A stretch of DNA of 64,000 nucleotides from Octopus bimaculoides (lineage: Eukaryota): NCBI RefSeq assembly GCF_001194135.2, contig NC_068999.1, positions 45,975,811 to 46,039,810 on the forward strand, written 5' to 3'. Below are positions 10,201 through 21,925 of this stretch, piece by piece. The stretch's first letter is position 1. Each line of letters begins with the position of its first letter. The position numbers and the translations under genes are program-made. The notes under the pieces are model-generated. The model worked only from the letters and a program-made list of their open reading frames with translations. It searched no databases and was not told where the DNA came from.

Positions 10201-11256
10201 CTAAAAAGTAAAAAGAGAAAGAAATTTAAAAAAATAATTTTTTAACACAGATTCGAACATTAGTGATCAAAATTATACTTTCGTTTCCGATATTTTGTTG
10301 AATAAAATCAAAGTCAGTTGTGAGTTACAGAATCAAAATATTTCAATAGAAGTTAAGAATAAGTAAAATAATAGTTGTTGTTTAACCCCAATGAACTCAT
10401 GAAGAAAAATCCTTCCAGTTATGGAAATCCAGTTTGACCGAAACTGTTAAACTGGAGAACTGCACCAAGTTCCAGTCTGATTTGACTTTGTTTCTATGGT
10501 GAGATGCCCTTCTTTAATGCCAATCACTCCAAGAGTGTAGTCTGTGTGTGCATATGAATGTACACGACATAAAAATTTAAAAGTTGAGGACGAGATAAAA
10601 AGACAAACAAAGTGTATTAGGTTGATGCCCCAGAACACTTGTACCTATATTGTCAAATGTGTCATTTCTTTTTTATAACACAGGAGAGTGAGATGTGAAA
10701 GAAACTTAGCTGCTATTTCTAGCAATTTGAATAATAACAATGGTTTCCTAGGAAAAAGACAGTTAATCAAAATGACCCTTATACCTTATCTGGTCGCAAA
10801 TATGTCCCCCTTTTCAAGGTCTCTATTGTAGGTATGAAAAAGGGAGAGAGAGAGAGAGGGGGTAACTGAACCCTAACCCTAATCTACTCTGAATGCTTCC
10901 AGCAGAGTGAACTCTGCTAAAAAGTAGCCAGAGTACCACACACCAGGACTGATCCCAAAACCATGTGGTTGTGAAGTGAGGTTTTTAACCACACAGCCAT
11001 TTCTGCAGCCATCATTGATAACATGATTAAAGTTTGAAAACATTTGGGTGTATAGCAGTTGTATATAGTTTGCCTGTTGTGCTGATGGCAGTGGAGGAAC
11101 TAAAAGCTAGGATACGGATGTGTTACTTTATTCTCTTCTTTTAAAATGGTAAACAACACACAAATAAAAAGACAGAAATATAGTTAGCCAGTTGTCAACC
11201 ATTGTAACAAACTTTGCCTTTTATTCTTCAGAATTCCATCAAACAAAGTACCATTG

Positions 11257-11622
11257 TTACCTCCGCCATAGCAAAGGTAGAGGTATTGTTTTCAGTCACG
11301 TTCGTTTGTTTGTTTGTCCATGGACAAGATATCTCAAGAACCACTGGGTGGACCTGGATGAAACTTTCAGGGATGTTTGGCCATGTGACTACTATGAACT
11401 GTTTAGATTTGGGGATCGATCCGATACTGGACAAAGATTCTGGATTATTTTTCCTTTTTACTTAATTTTTGAGAGCAGTCAGGTTCATTTTAAGTATTCT
11501 TGTTTATGAGAGCAGTCGAGTTTATTTAAGATATTCTCATTTCAAAAATCATCTCTGGCTAATTGTTAAGAGGACATTGATGTTGCCTTGGTGGAGGTTT
11601 GCACTCTCTGAGTGCTCTTGTT
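11257..11622 (+). mobile_element. Helentron-associated non-autonomous element (HINE / DINE-1-like)
   Basis: 5' subTIR ttacctccgcca (11257), internal (GTTT)n, 3' subTIR tggtggaggt (11589-11598), then the stem-loop gcactc-tct-gagtgc (11601-11615) and a T-rich end. Confidence 0.8.
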
Positions 11623-11682
11623 ATTGTATTGGACATGAATGATGTTGTTTGATCGAGCCTTTCGTTTATAAAGGTCATTGCA

Positions 11683-11860
11683 CATAGGTGCCGGTGTGGC
11701 TGTGTGGTAAGAAGCTTGCTTCCCAACCACATTGTTCTGAGTTCAATCCAACTGCATGGCACTTCAACTATAGCCTCAGGCTGACCAAAGCCTTGTGAGT
11801 GGATTTGGTAGATAGAAACCGAAAGAAGCCCATTATGTGTGTGTGTGTATCTGTGTTTTT
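11683..11860 (+). mobile_element. tRNA-derived SINE family A, 5' half
   Basis: ataggtgccggtgtggctgtgtggtaagaagcttgc (A box) ... gagttcaatcc (B box) ... gaccaaagccttgtgagtggatttggtag. Confidence 0.85.
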
Positions 11861-11954
11861 GTGGTGGTATGTTGAGAACCACTAGATTATAGGGTTTATT
11901 GAAAACACTAACAATTGACAGCATCTCTGAGCTCTTTCGGTACAATCTGAAGTG

Positions 11955-12206
11955 AGTCAAATTCTCCATTTAGCATTCAAATTACTCTGTCAAATGTAAC
12001 ACTCATTTCTTCACATTGCTTTGAATTAATCATTTGTTATCATGTAGCTTTGAGATTTTGATGATGTGATTGATTGTTTTTACTATGATGCTGTAGGAGA
12101 GAGATGAGAGACCAGACCTGGCCAATTTGAACATACAAAGAAAAAACAAAACAGGTAGAAAATAAAGCCAGATATGGCCTGTTCTAATGCTATAGCTAAA
12201 AGGTTA
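11955..12206 (-). mobile_element. piggyBac-like MITE family 1 copy
   Basis: catttagcatt ... gctaaaaggttaa termini; the body matches 15239-15454. Confidence 0.55.
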
Positions 12207-13619
12207 AAGTAAAATGAGATTGAACAGTGATTAAAATTTACGGTAACGATCACTTAAATTCTATAAACAATTTCAATGATTCTTTTAAGCTCACTTAGAT
12301 ATTTTTCACCAGTTTTAATGTTTCTGCTGAGGCAAGTGAAATCAAATCAAAATCGCTGACATCGCCGATGACAGTAGCGCCTGATTGGCGGTTGTGCCAG
12401 TTGAACGTTAAAAACACATCCAAGCGTGATCATATATAATATATATATATTTCTACATTTGAGTTATAACCTCCATTGACATAAGTACAACACAGAGATG
12501 AAACAAGCAAGACCGCAGGAACATGCAGAATAATAATATAATATTGAAAGTCTTTTTTTTCCCTGATCATAAAACAATCAGAATTAAGAAGTAGTGGTGC
12601 ATACAGATTTTGAGAGATTATGGCTTGGCTTGGGTTGGATAGTAGATAATCTTATGAGATTAACTTGGTTTATCAAATAAAATATTCATCTAAATAAAAG
12701 AAGGATTTAACTAAGCCTTTTAATCAGATTAAAGCATTCATAAGTAGAAAGACATTTTCTAGAAGGAAATATTGAAAGTCTGACCACAACTGGATCTCAT
12801 AATGAAGATACATTCTCAAATTTAAATTGGCAATTTAATAATTTCTGGTCTGAAATAATTTTGTTCAATGACAATAATATTTTTGCATAATAATGGAATT
12901 GAAAATAAAAAATAAAAAATGTTTAAAAAACCCAGTTTTAGCTGGTAATCAATGCATAATTGTCTGCTTCGTACTAACGAAATTGATAATTAATAATGTA
13001 ATCCTTAAATCTATAAAGTATCATGAGGTGTCTATGAGGTTCCATCAAACCAGTCTAGAGTTAATCTGTTAGGTATTGCAGAAAGATTTCTTTGGCCATT
13101 ACTGAATGACCAACCATCAGAGAGAGAGAGAGAGAAAAAAAAAAAGAAAACAAGATATAAATAGCCTGCAATCATTTTGAGAATCACACAGCAGCAAAAA
13201 AAAATTTTTTTAATTTTAAAAAAATAAAATAAATAATTGAGCAAAGATATATATATTGGTCTAATAAAACAACATAAATGTAAGGAAGTAGTAGTAGCAG
13301 TAGTAGCAGCAGGTGTCATCAATATGGACAGACAAAGGACTTGCTTCAAATACAATATGAAGTTAGAGTCGGCTTTTGGTATTATTAGTAACCATTTAGT
13401 TTGTTCAGCCAGCTTTTAAACACATAGGTCTATTTTTAGCAGCCTGTTTCAAACAACCTAAACCAAATCTTCCCTGAATTGGTAAAGACTACTATGCTAA
13501 TTACTGTTTCGTTAATTCTCAGTTAGGAAAATGAATTTAAAATAAAGAAATACAATCAGCAAAAAAAGAAAATCTCAGGTAATGAGAAATGGTTGTAGAA
13601 GAGTAACACATGACTGATG

Positions 13620-13848
13620 CTTAACATTTTGGCTACCAACCCATTCAAGACCACCCCTCCTGGTTCTATGATGCAAGCATTCTGTTTAAAGTGAATTAAA
13701 ATACCTTTCATCAAAAGTTTGTTAATTTATTTCTTTTATACTCCAAATAAATAATCAGAAAGTTTGTCAGCTAAATTCTTTGTTATTTCAAAATTTCAAC
13801 TGAAATAAAGACAGTGTATTTCTTAAAAGTATGGTAACAAAAGGGTTA
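13620..13848 (-). mobile_element. piggyBac-like (TTAA) MITE family 2
   Basis: Ends ggtaacaaaagggttaa. Related copies at ~38216-38370 (+, ttaacccttttcttgccgtatttctgttgaaatacac) and ~63705-63910 (-). Confidence 0.55.
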
Positions 13849-15238
13849 AAGTGATCTAAATTAAAATCTTACATCAAAATCTTATGTTGTTTTATGTTCC
13901 AAACACCAGATTAATAACGAGAATGTTAGCTTGCTAAATTCTTCATTATGTCATGATGGAAGAGCTTGTGTGTTCCAATGATTCCGAAAGCGATACTGTC
14001 TGGAGTCTTAGACTCCAGGTAGGGCCACCCATGGCGGCAAGGTCGAGGATGAGGTCCCAGACTAAACATGACCAAACACCAACATCAATACCCCAACAGC
14101 AGAGCAAGCAGAGGAGGGCTATCTCAAACCCCCAAGGATTGATTCTGGTGGATGAGGGTAACGCCTGGCAGGCAGGCATGACAAAGGCTGATAGACTCGT
14201 ATAACATAGCTCGTATAACAAACAGCTCATCAGCTATTTTATATGCCAATAATACAGTTTGTTAATCACAGAGTAATACAATGGAGAGGTTAGTACTGTT
14301 GTTGGGTAAACTTAGCATTTTGCTGAAATTTTTTGAGTCCTGTTTTTTCCATATTCAATCAATGAATTTCTCAAAAGGAATTACAGTTCACCTCCTCCAC
14401 ATCCAAACTGCTGTTATCAGAAATTGTGCTTCCCAAATATGTAAACTTTTTCAGCAAAACTTAGAGGTTGATTTGTAGTTATAGTGGCTGGAAGTCCATG
14501 TTGCAGCACTCTGGATCCAGCTTGGTACAACACTTCAGTATTTTTCACATTTATTGACAGGTCAAAAGCACACACATAACTACATGCACACATACACATT
14601 GTTATTTACTTATACATGATCACCAACCAAGATTTTGGTGTCAAATACACAGATCAAATATTAACGGTCTTATGAGATTAATAAATTGAACAAGTAAAGC
14701 CTCAGTTACACTATTGGCATATTGATTTCACTGTTCAATACTGTTAATTCGAAATACTGTTTTCCAATAAGCTGGTTATAATTTTCACAGAACAAGTTCA
14801 GACTGTTTGTTAATGCTTTTTTTTTTCTACTTCTTTCTTGCTTGGAAATAGATACTTATCAATATAAGTGCACAAAAATCATTTAGTTCAATTATGAGCC
14901 ATATTTGAAAATATATCTGAATAAAAATTCTAATGACATACTTCATACGAAAAAAAAAGCAAAAAAAAAAAGAAAAAAAATAGTTTTCTTTTAGTCAAGA
15001 ATTATGGTGCTTAGCCAACATGCTACATCAGTTTGTTTTTTAGTGGAAGATTTTCAGTTTCTTTGGTAAATTCCTTATTTTCTCATTTCCATAACAGGAC
15101 CTCCCTTGAAGTTTTCCAAGGTTGGCGTGGTTTCATGCCTGGTCAGCCCAGAGTGAGTATATCTATAATGTGGTAGTAACCAAAACTTTGAGGCCAACAT
15201 CTTTGCCCATTCTTTTCTCAACATTTGAAGATCGTAAA

Positions 15239-15454
15239 CCCTTTAGCATTCATATTATTCTATCAAAATTAATACTTATTTATTCGCATCATTTTGAATG
15301 AATGATGCATTATCTTGTAGCTTTGAGATTTTGATGAGGTAACTGTTAATCTTTAGAATGATATTGTAGGGTTGGTGTGAGAGGCCAGATCTGGCCAGCT
15401 TGAACACAAAACAGAATATTTTGGCCAGAGATGGCTAGTTTAAATGCTAAAGGG
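15239..15454 (-). mobile_element. piggyBac-like MITE family 1, best-preserved copy
   Basis: 12-bp TIRs ccctttagcatt / aatgctaaaggg; TTAA on the right (15455-15458) and taaa on the left. Confidence 0.7.
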
Positions 15455-15521
15455 TTAACATAGGTTAGTAACATTGGTTATTACGTTTATCTGAATGAAT
15501 GAATTAATTTATACAGCTTAC

Positions 15522-15662
15522 CTGGACTCCCCTTAAGAAGACTAGATTTTCCTTGAAGTTTTGGATATTTAGCATCTATTGTGGTATAAAAGACAGCAAT
15601 CGTGGCAGTAAAGAAACCAGCAAGAAATCCATAGAATATTACATAGAAGATGGTGATCAAAG
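15522..15662 (-). CDS. ATP1B: ATP1B coding exon 2 (transmembrane helix)
   Basis: Acceptor ttttattccag|CT TTG. Encodes (A)LITIFYVIFYGFLAGFFTATIAVFYTTIDAKYPKLQGKSSLLKGSP. Donor CCA G|GTAAGC. 141 nt, phase 1-1. Confidence 0.95.
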
Positions 15663-15899
15663 CTGGAATAAAAAAAGACAAAGAAAACAAAATAAAATAT
15701 AGTAAAAATAGGAAAGGTACTTAAAAAATAAATAAAAATCTATCATTAAAGAATATATTAATTAGAGATGAAAATCATTTAACAAGAATAGTTAGAGTGC
15801 AACCAATCAATGCAATGCCAATACCAAAATGTTCTGGCAAGGTTTATATTCAGACTTAAAATCTTACAAAATGTTTGGTTTTTATTAAAGATACTTTTT

Positions 15900-16316
15900 T
15901 TTTTCTTTTATTCTTTTATTTGTTTCAGTCATTTGACTGCGGCCATGCTGGAGCACCGCCTTTAGTCGAGCAAATCGACCCCAGGACTTATTCTTTGTAA
16001 GCCTAGTACTTATTCTATTGGACTCTTTTGTCGAACCGCTAAGTGACGGGGATGTAAACACACCAGCATCGGTTGTCAAGCGATGTTGTGGGAGACAAAC
16101 ACAAACACACAAGCATATACATACACACACACATATACATATATATATATATATATATGATGGGCTTCTTTCAGTTTCTGCCTACCAAATCCACTCACAA
16201 GGCTTTGGTCAGACCGGGGCTATAGTAGAAGACATTTGCCCAAGGTGCTACACAGTGGGACTGAACCCGGAACCATGTGGTTGTTAAGCAAGCTACTTAC
16301 CACACAGCCACTCCTG
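15900..16316 (-). mobile_element. tRNA-derived SINE family A, full length
   Basis: From the (TTTTA)-type tail to the head cacacagccactcctg, with an internal (CA)/(TA) tract. Confidence 0.9.
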
Positions 16317-16673
16317 ATATTTACAAGAAATGAAGAATTTGTTATCATGTAGCTTGAAATAAATCTTATTTAGTGATGGAATACTAACAACACATTTTAT
16401 ACAAAAGAAGAATTTGTCTGGTGGACAAACTACATTGGACCAATCTAAGTAGCTTCTTGAGTACTAGTCTTTGTACCTAAAAATCGGTAATACATCTTAT
16501 CCACTTTATAAGGCACAGGATCGGCTATTTGGTTAAGCAGTTAGCTTTGGAACCATGTGGTTCGAAGTTTGCTCCTGCTAGATGGACACTGTCGATTGGT
16601 GTCTTCTACTGCAGGAGTAGGTTCACCAATGCCTTACGAGTGAAATTCAGCAGCGAGAAACAAGAAGCCTGTA

Positions 16674-16710
<37 letters not shown>

Positions 16711-18713
16711 CGTGGGTCTGAGAGAGCCAAGGCTTCCCCTGTCTTGACATGTGCATACTAAGTATAAACAAGAACCATGGCCACACAAAAACGGTGTTGC
16801 TTGTTTACAATACAACTGCAAAGGAATGTCTGGTCACCAAGTTTTTTGCAGATCAAAAGGACAAAGGGAAATATAACCTGACTTGGAAACAGGTATGGAT
16901 TGGTGACAGGAAGAGCATCCAACTATAAAAAAAAACAAATAAACTGCTTCAACATTTCCCATGACAAATTGAATGTTATGATGACAACAATGATTTCTTG
17001 TTCACTCCCAAAAGTTGAACCCGATGTTTTATATCAAATCTCTTGCCTCATACACAAGTAAATATAATTAAAAAAATTCACATTCTCTTGGGAATACATT
17101 AAACAGGATATATTCATTTTAACCTATTTGTTTTACGTTACTGAGTTAAGGAATGTCGAGGACGTTGTTATTAGCTGTCGCTTGAATAGTGGGGAAATGG
17201 GGTTTTATTTTGCTGGTTGCAAGAATAATGACTGAAGAAGCAAACCCACAAACATTTAATTAAAATATTCATTGCTGGACATAATGATATTTGGTGAACA
17301 ATATTAATAATTGCCAACTGAGAGAGAGAAAGAGAGAGAGAGAGGGGAAAGCCATGCCATGTCTGTAGAAGTTACTTTGGAGACATGAATGTTCAGAATG
17401 GTTTTTCTGAGAACCTGGAGCTGTCTGTGCAAATGCTCATGGCAGGAATGGAGGCATGAGTCAGCCAGCTGCATTTAACACTACAATTAAAAAAAGCACC
17501 AAAAGCAGTTTTTGTAGGGGACCAGAAGGTAAATTCTAGAATGTTTGAGAAAACCATATCCCACCACAGCCTTTTGTTAATTAGCCAAATAATAGACTGA
17601 CCACATGAAATTATGGTGGTTTGCCCATGATGTCTAACCGAGTATCTAACGGCTAGGTTTCGAATCACAGCTACAGGGGCATCAGATGGGAATATTAAAG
17701 GAGATAACACAATTTATTTCCCACATACTAAACAGCATAATACTCTCATTAATGTAGATTGTTCAGTCTTCAAAGTATCTACTATTGTTGTCTCAAGGCA
17801 TAGTAGCACCCACCTTGTTTAAATCATGTGTGAAGACATCCAGTAACGTACAATGGATTTAACATTTTCCCATCAAAATTTCTCTTGATAATTGTATGTT
17901 AATACCAGAACAACTCTGACTGGGAAAACCTATGACCAAAAGTATTCCAGCCATGACCACCCTGTCATTCTTAGGGGTATCTCAGATAACATTATTTAAT
18001 GTGTCCTTTCATTTTTCAGAGAGCTGGGTTGGGTTTGAAAAGATGTGAAACCATATAGTGACCTTCTCATTTGCGTGTTTATCAAATTTTCTGAATAAAT
18101 GTTATAAAAGGTATAAGTTACTCAAGAAGAGGATTATTTTCGCCAAGAGCAAGGGTCCCCAAACTTTTTAGGCCACTGACCCTTCATGGCATCCTTGACC
18201 CCTAATCGACCCCCAGGCATGTACAAGAAAATGTCACAAACTAACCAAAGACTGCTCATAGCTAATTTATTTAGACTTATGACTTAAAACAATGAATTGT
18301 GCATCCTTATGGTACTTATTTACAGCTAGGTGCACTGAGCTAGCAAGAGCTAATTTTGTCCAGGACATGTAAAACAATACTAACAAGATGCAAACCAACA
18401 AAAATCTAGTAGGAAGGGCCTATAGATCCACCCTTCAGAATCACTCATTTGGATCTGAATGAATTATTCTTTAGAATGCCTTTATTAGTAACTTAATACA
18501 CCACTCTCCAGAATCAATTGTTAAGTAAACTAACGAACCCTTCAGAATCTGTAGTAAAGATTGTTTGCCAACGTAACAAGGCAGTCCCAGTTTAGGACAA
18601 ATGTTGCTGTAAATTAGGCCCAGGAGGCAGCTTTAAATTACTCAGAATGTATAAAACAGGGGTTAACCAAGTCTGAAAATAACATGGATGCTTAGGACAA
18701 ATCTATGAAAATA

Positions 18714-18941
18714 TAGGGTTGTCCGGAAAGTTTGTGCCGATTTATAGAAGCTTATCTTTCAACTTATTTGCCATGAAACCACCTCAATTCTGGGAAGAGG
18801 GTATTTTCAAGTTAAAGGAAAGATGGAGACGCATTGTGCAACAAAATGGTTCATATTTGGTTGATTAAAAATGTAATGGCAAGTATTTATTGACCTTTTT
18901 CTTTCCTTTAAAAATTGGCACGAACTTTCCGGACAACCCAA
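18714..18941 (+). mobile_element. mariner internal-deletion derivative (228 bp)
   Basis: TIRs gggttgtccggaaagtttgtgccgattt / aaattggcacgaactttccggacaaccc (26/28) with TA on both sides. Retains the transposase C-terminus MKPPQFWEEGIFKLKERWRRIVQQNGSYLVD*. Confidence 0.85.
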
Positions 18942-19510
18942 TACTTNNNNNNNNNNAAAAAGAAACAAAAAAAAAAAAAACAGCCCTTTCTGGCTACCTT
19001 TTCTGATTAGAAATTAGAAAATTTGTTATCCTCCACACTGACTGGTAAACTTAATTACTGTGGCTTGCAATTAATCTTTTTCACTAATTACATATAATTC
19101 TAATCAATATAAGCTCTGTTAAGAAATCAGTCTGATTAAAAATTCTCAGAAGCAACTCAGAAATGCATAAATTTGTTTATATTTTATATTTATATGTTTT
19201 ATCTGTTTGACTTAATGTCTTATACATTTAAAACCACTCTAACAGTATGTCGTCGACCAGATTCTTAAATAATGCCATTCCAGTGGTTAGATGGACAGGT
19301 CAACATTGCTCCTGGATGAAATGCCAGCCCGTTGCAGGGTTACTCATTTACAGTTGAGTGGACTGGAGCAACATGAAATGAAGTGTATTGCTCAAGAACA
19401 CAATGCACTGCCAGGCTGGGAATTGAAACCACAGTTTTGTGATTGTGAGTGCAACACCCTAACCACAAAGCCATGTACCTTTATGAATATCATATGTTTA
19501 TATTGTTAAA

Positions 19511-19985
19511 TATAGGCGCAGGAGTGGCTGTCTGGTAAGTAGCTTGCTTACCGACCACATAGTTCCGGGTTCAGTCCCACTGCGTGGCACCTTGGGCAAG
19601 TGTCTTCTACTATAGCNNNNNNNNNNTTCCGGGTTCAGTCCCACTGCGTGGCACCTTGGGCAAGTGTCTTCTACTATAGCCTCGGGCCGACCAAAGCCTT
19701 GTGAGTGGATTTGGTAGATGGAAACCGAGAGAAGCCTGTCGTATGTGTATATATGTATATATATGTGTGTGTGTGTGTGTTTGTGTGTCTGTGTTTGTCC
19801 CTCCAACATCGCTTGACAACCGATGGTGGTGTGTTTAGGTCCCCGTAACTTAAAAGTTCGGCCTAAGAGACTGATAGAATAAGTACCAGGCTTACAAAGA
19901 ATAAGTCCTGGGGTCAATTTTCTCGACTAAAGGCAGTGCTCCATCATGGTCGCTGTCAAATGACTGAAACAAGTAAAGGAGTATG
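19511..19985 (+). mobile_element. tRNA-derived SINE family A, full length (10-N gap inside)
   Basis: Head tataggcgcaggagtggctgtctggtaagtagc, B box gggttcagtccc, core ggcaccttgggcaagtg, tail gactgaaacaagtaaagg. Confidence 0.9.
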
Positions 19986-20454
19986 AAGTATATAAGGTTC
20001 ACAGTGGCCTGCATTAAATTTACAGCCATGGGAATAATAAATGGCCATGTTAATGTAGCTTTTAGCCACATAAAAAGCGCTGGTGATGTGGTACCATGTA
20101 AAAGCACCAAATATACTCAATAAAGTGGTTGGCACTAGGAAGGACATCCAGCCATAAAAGCTAAGCCAGAACAGACTATGGAACCTGGTGTGGGCCCCCT
20201 AACGTTACCAGTTCCTGTCAGGCCATCTGACCCATGCCAACATGGAAAACAGATATATGATAATGATGATGATGATTATAATATAGCATTTAATAATTTC
20301 ATGAAACATTATCCAAAATGAATGAAAGTTTGTCCCAGTAATTTTTTTTTTTTTTTGTAGGACCCTCCTTTACCTAATATTATAGCTTTCACCAGATTAA
20401 CCATGGATTTGATTAAATAATCAATGACAGGTTTAATCCACGTTTATCCATTCT

Positions 20455-20740
20455 TCAGCTCTTTCTTTGATGGAACTGTCAAGCATCTTGGTCACAACCT
20501 TCTACCAAGATCTACCCATATGAGTTCTTTTGGATTAAGGTCAGGGCTTTGAGCAACTCGTTTTAGTGATGTGACTCAAGAAAGTTCTTTGCAAAGCTTC
20601 TAATACCTTGTTGGCACGATATGTGACTCCATCTCGATGGAAAAAAAAAAGAAGATTAATCTTATCAATTCCAATTCTGGAAAAGATGGCTAACAGTCTT
20701 TTTTTTCTCCACTGTTGACAAACAATGTTTCCTGCCATTT
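20455..20740 (-). mobile_element. Tc1-like transposase DDE-domain relic
   Basis: The minus strand gives FHRDGVTYRANKVLEAL, then frameshifted AQSPDLNPKELIWVDLGRR, matching FQQD.A..H and WP.QSPDLNPIE.IW. Confidence 0.7.
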
Positions 20741-20989
20741 CACCACCATCACCATTATAAACAACATTATTTTAGGCCAGTTTTCATAATCTGGCACTTG
20801 CTGGACAGGCCACCATAATCCGCATCAGATCCTATTCAGGTTTACTGCCACCTAGACCCAAACAATTCAGTTTTGCCATGGTTTCTAAGGCAAGATGACA
20901 TTCCTAAGAACAACTACTTCACAGAGTATACTAAGTGCCCTGTAACATGGTTGGGATTAGGGAAAGCAGTGAGAATAAAGATAATGATG

Positions 20990-21020
<31 letters not shown>

Positions 21021-21162
21021 GGTATTAGAGCACTGAAGGACAGATATAGTAACCTTTAGGAGGGACAAATAAGAGTGCCTTTTCTGTAAAAAGTGTTGGA
21101 GAGAAACAGGGAAACGATGTTATAAAAGCAAAAGACATACAGAGAGCGCGATTTATTTTGAC

Positions 21163-21250
21163 GGGTTTAGGGTTAGGGTTTGGGAATTCCATCCCTAACC
21201 GTAACCCTAAACACTAACCCTAACCCTGACACTAAAACCCTAACCCTAAC
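21163..21250. repeat. Short degenerate TTAGGG followed by CCCTAA telomere-like repeats
   Basis: gggtttagggttagggtttggg-aattccat-ccctaaccgtaaccctaaacactaaccctaaccctgacactaaaaccctaaccctaac. Confidence 0.8.
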
Positions 21251-21578
21251 ACCATACTGAAGATCGTGCGGGTGTTACGGAAAAGGCCGATATTTAGGAC
21301 TCGTACCGTAAGATCGCCTGACTTAGCTTTTCGTCCTTATCGGTATTGGGTAATTAAGTACCAGTCAAGTGCTGGGGGGGGNNNNNNNNNNNNNNNNNNN
21401 NNNNNNNNNNNNNNNNNNNNNNNNNNNNNNNNNNNNNNNNNNNNNNNNNNNNNNNNNNNNNNNNNNNNNNNNNNNNNNNNNNNNNNNNNNNNNNNNNNNN
21501 NNNNNNNNNNNNNNNNNNNNNNNNNNNNNNNNNNNNNNNNNNNNNNNNNNNNNNNNNNNNNNNNNNNNNNNNNNNNNN

Positions 21579-21925
21579 CGAGCGTGGCCGTTGCCAGTAA
21601 CGCCTGACTGGCCTTCGTAGGATTTTTGAGCGAGATCGTTGCCAGTGCCCCTGGACTGGCTCTTGTGCGGGTGGCACATAAAATACACCATTTCGAGCGT
21701 GGCCGTTGCCAGTATCGCCTGACTGGCCTTCATGCAGGTGACACGTAAAAGCACCTACTCTCTGAGTGGTTGGCATTAGGAAGGGCATCCAGCAGTAGAA
21801 ACTCTGCCAAATTTAAGATTGGAGCCTGGTGTTGCCATCCGGTTTCACCAGTCCTCAGTCAAGTCGTCCAACCCATGCTAGCATGGAAAGCAGACGTTAA
21901 ACGATGATGATGATGATGATGATTA
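21579..21925 (-). mobile_element. RTE-tailed retroposon ending in (GAT)n
   Basis: ttggcattaggaagggcatccagc ... gcatggaaagcagacgttaaacgatgatgat; an internal cgagcgtggccgttgccagta segment is duplicated at 21579 and ~21695. Confidence 0.75.

Noticed and set aside
13940-14230. GC-richer segment with two-strand ORFs and an 8-bp hairpin (14000-14018)
   Set aside because: No recognisable protein motif or splice context. It may be a LINE 5' region, but this cannot be supported from the sequence alone.
19511-19600. tRNA gene-like sequences with A and B boxes
   Set aside because: They are SINE heads continuing into SINE bodies; no complete cloverleaf or acceptor stem.
19563-19680. Exact 54-bp tandem duplication in a SINE
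   Set aside because: The two identical copies sit on either side of a 10-N gap, typical of overlapping contig ends. The duplication around 42740-43100 is similarly suspect.
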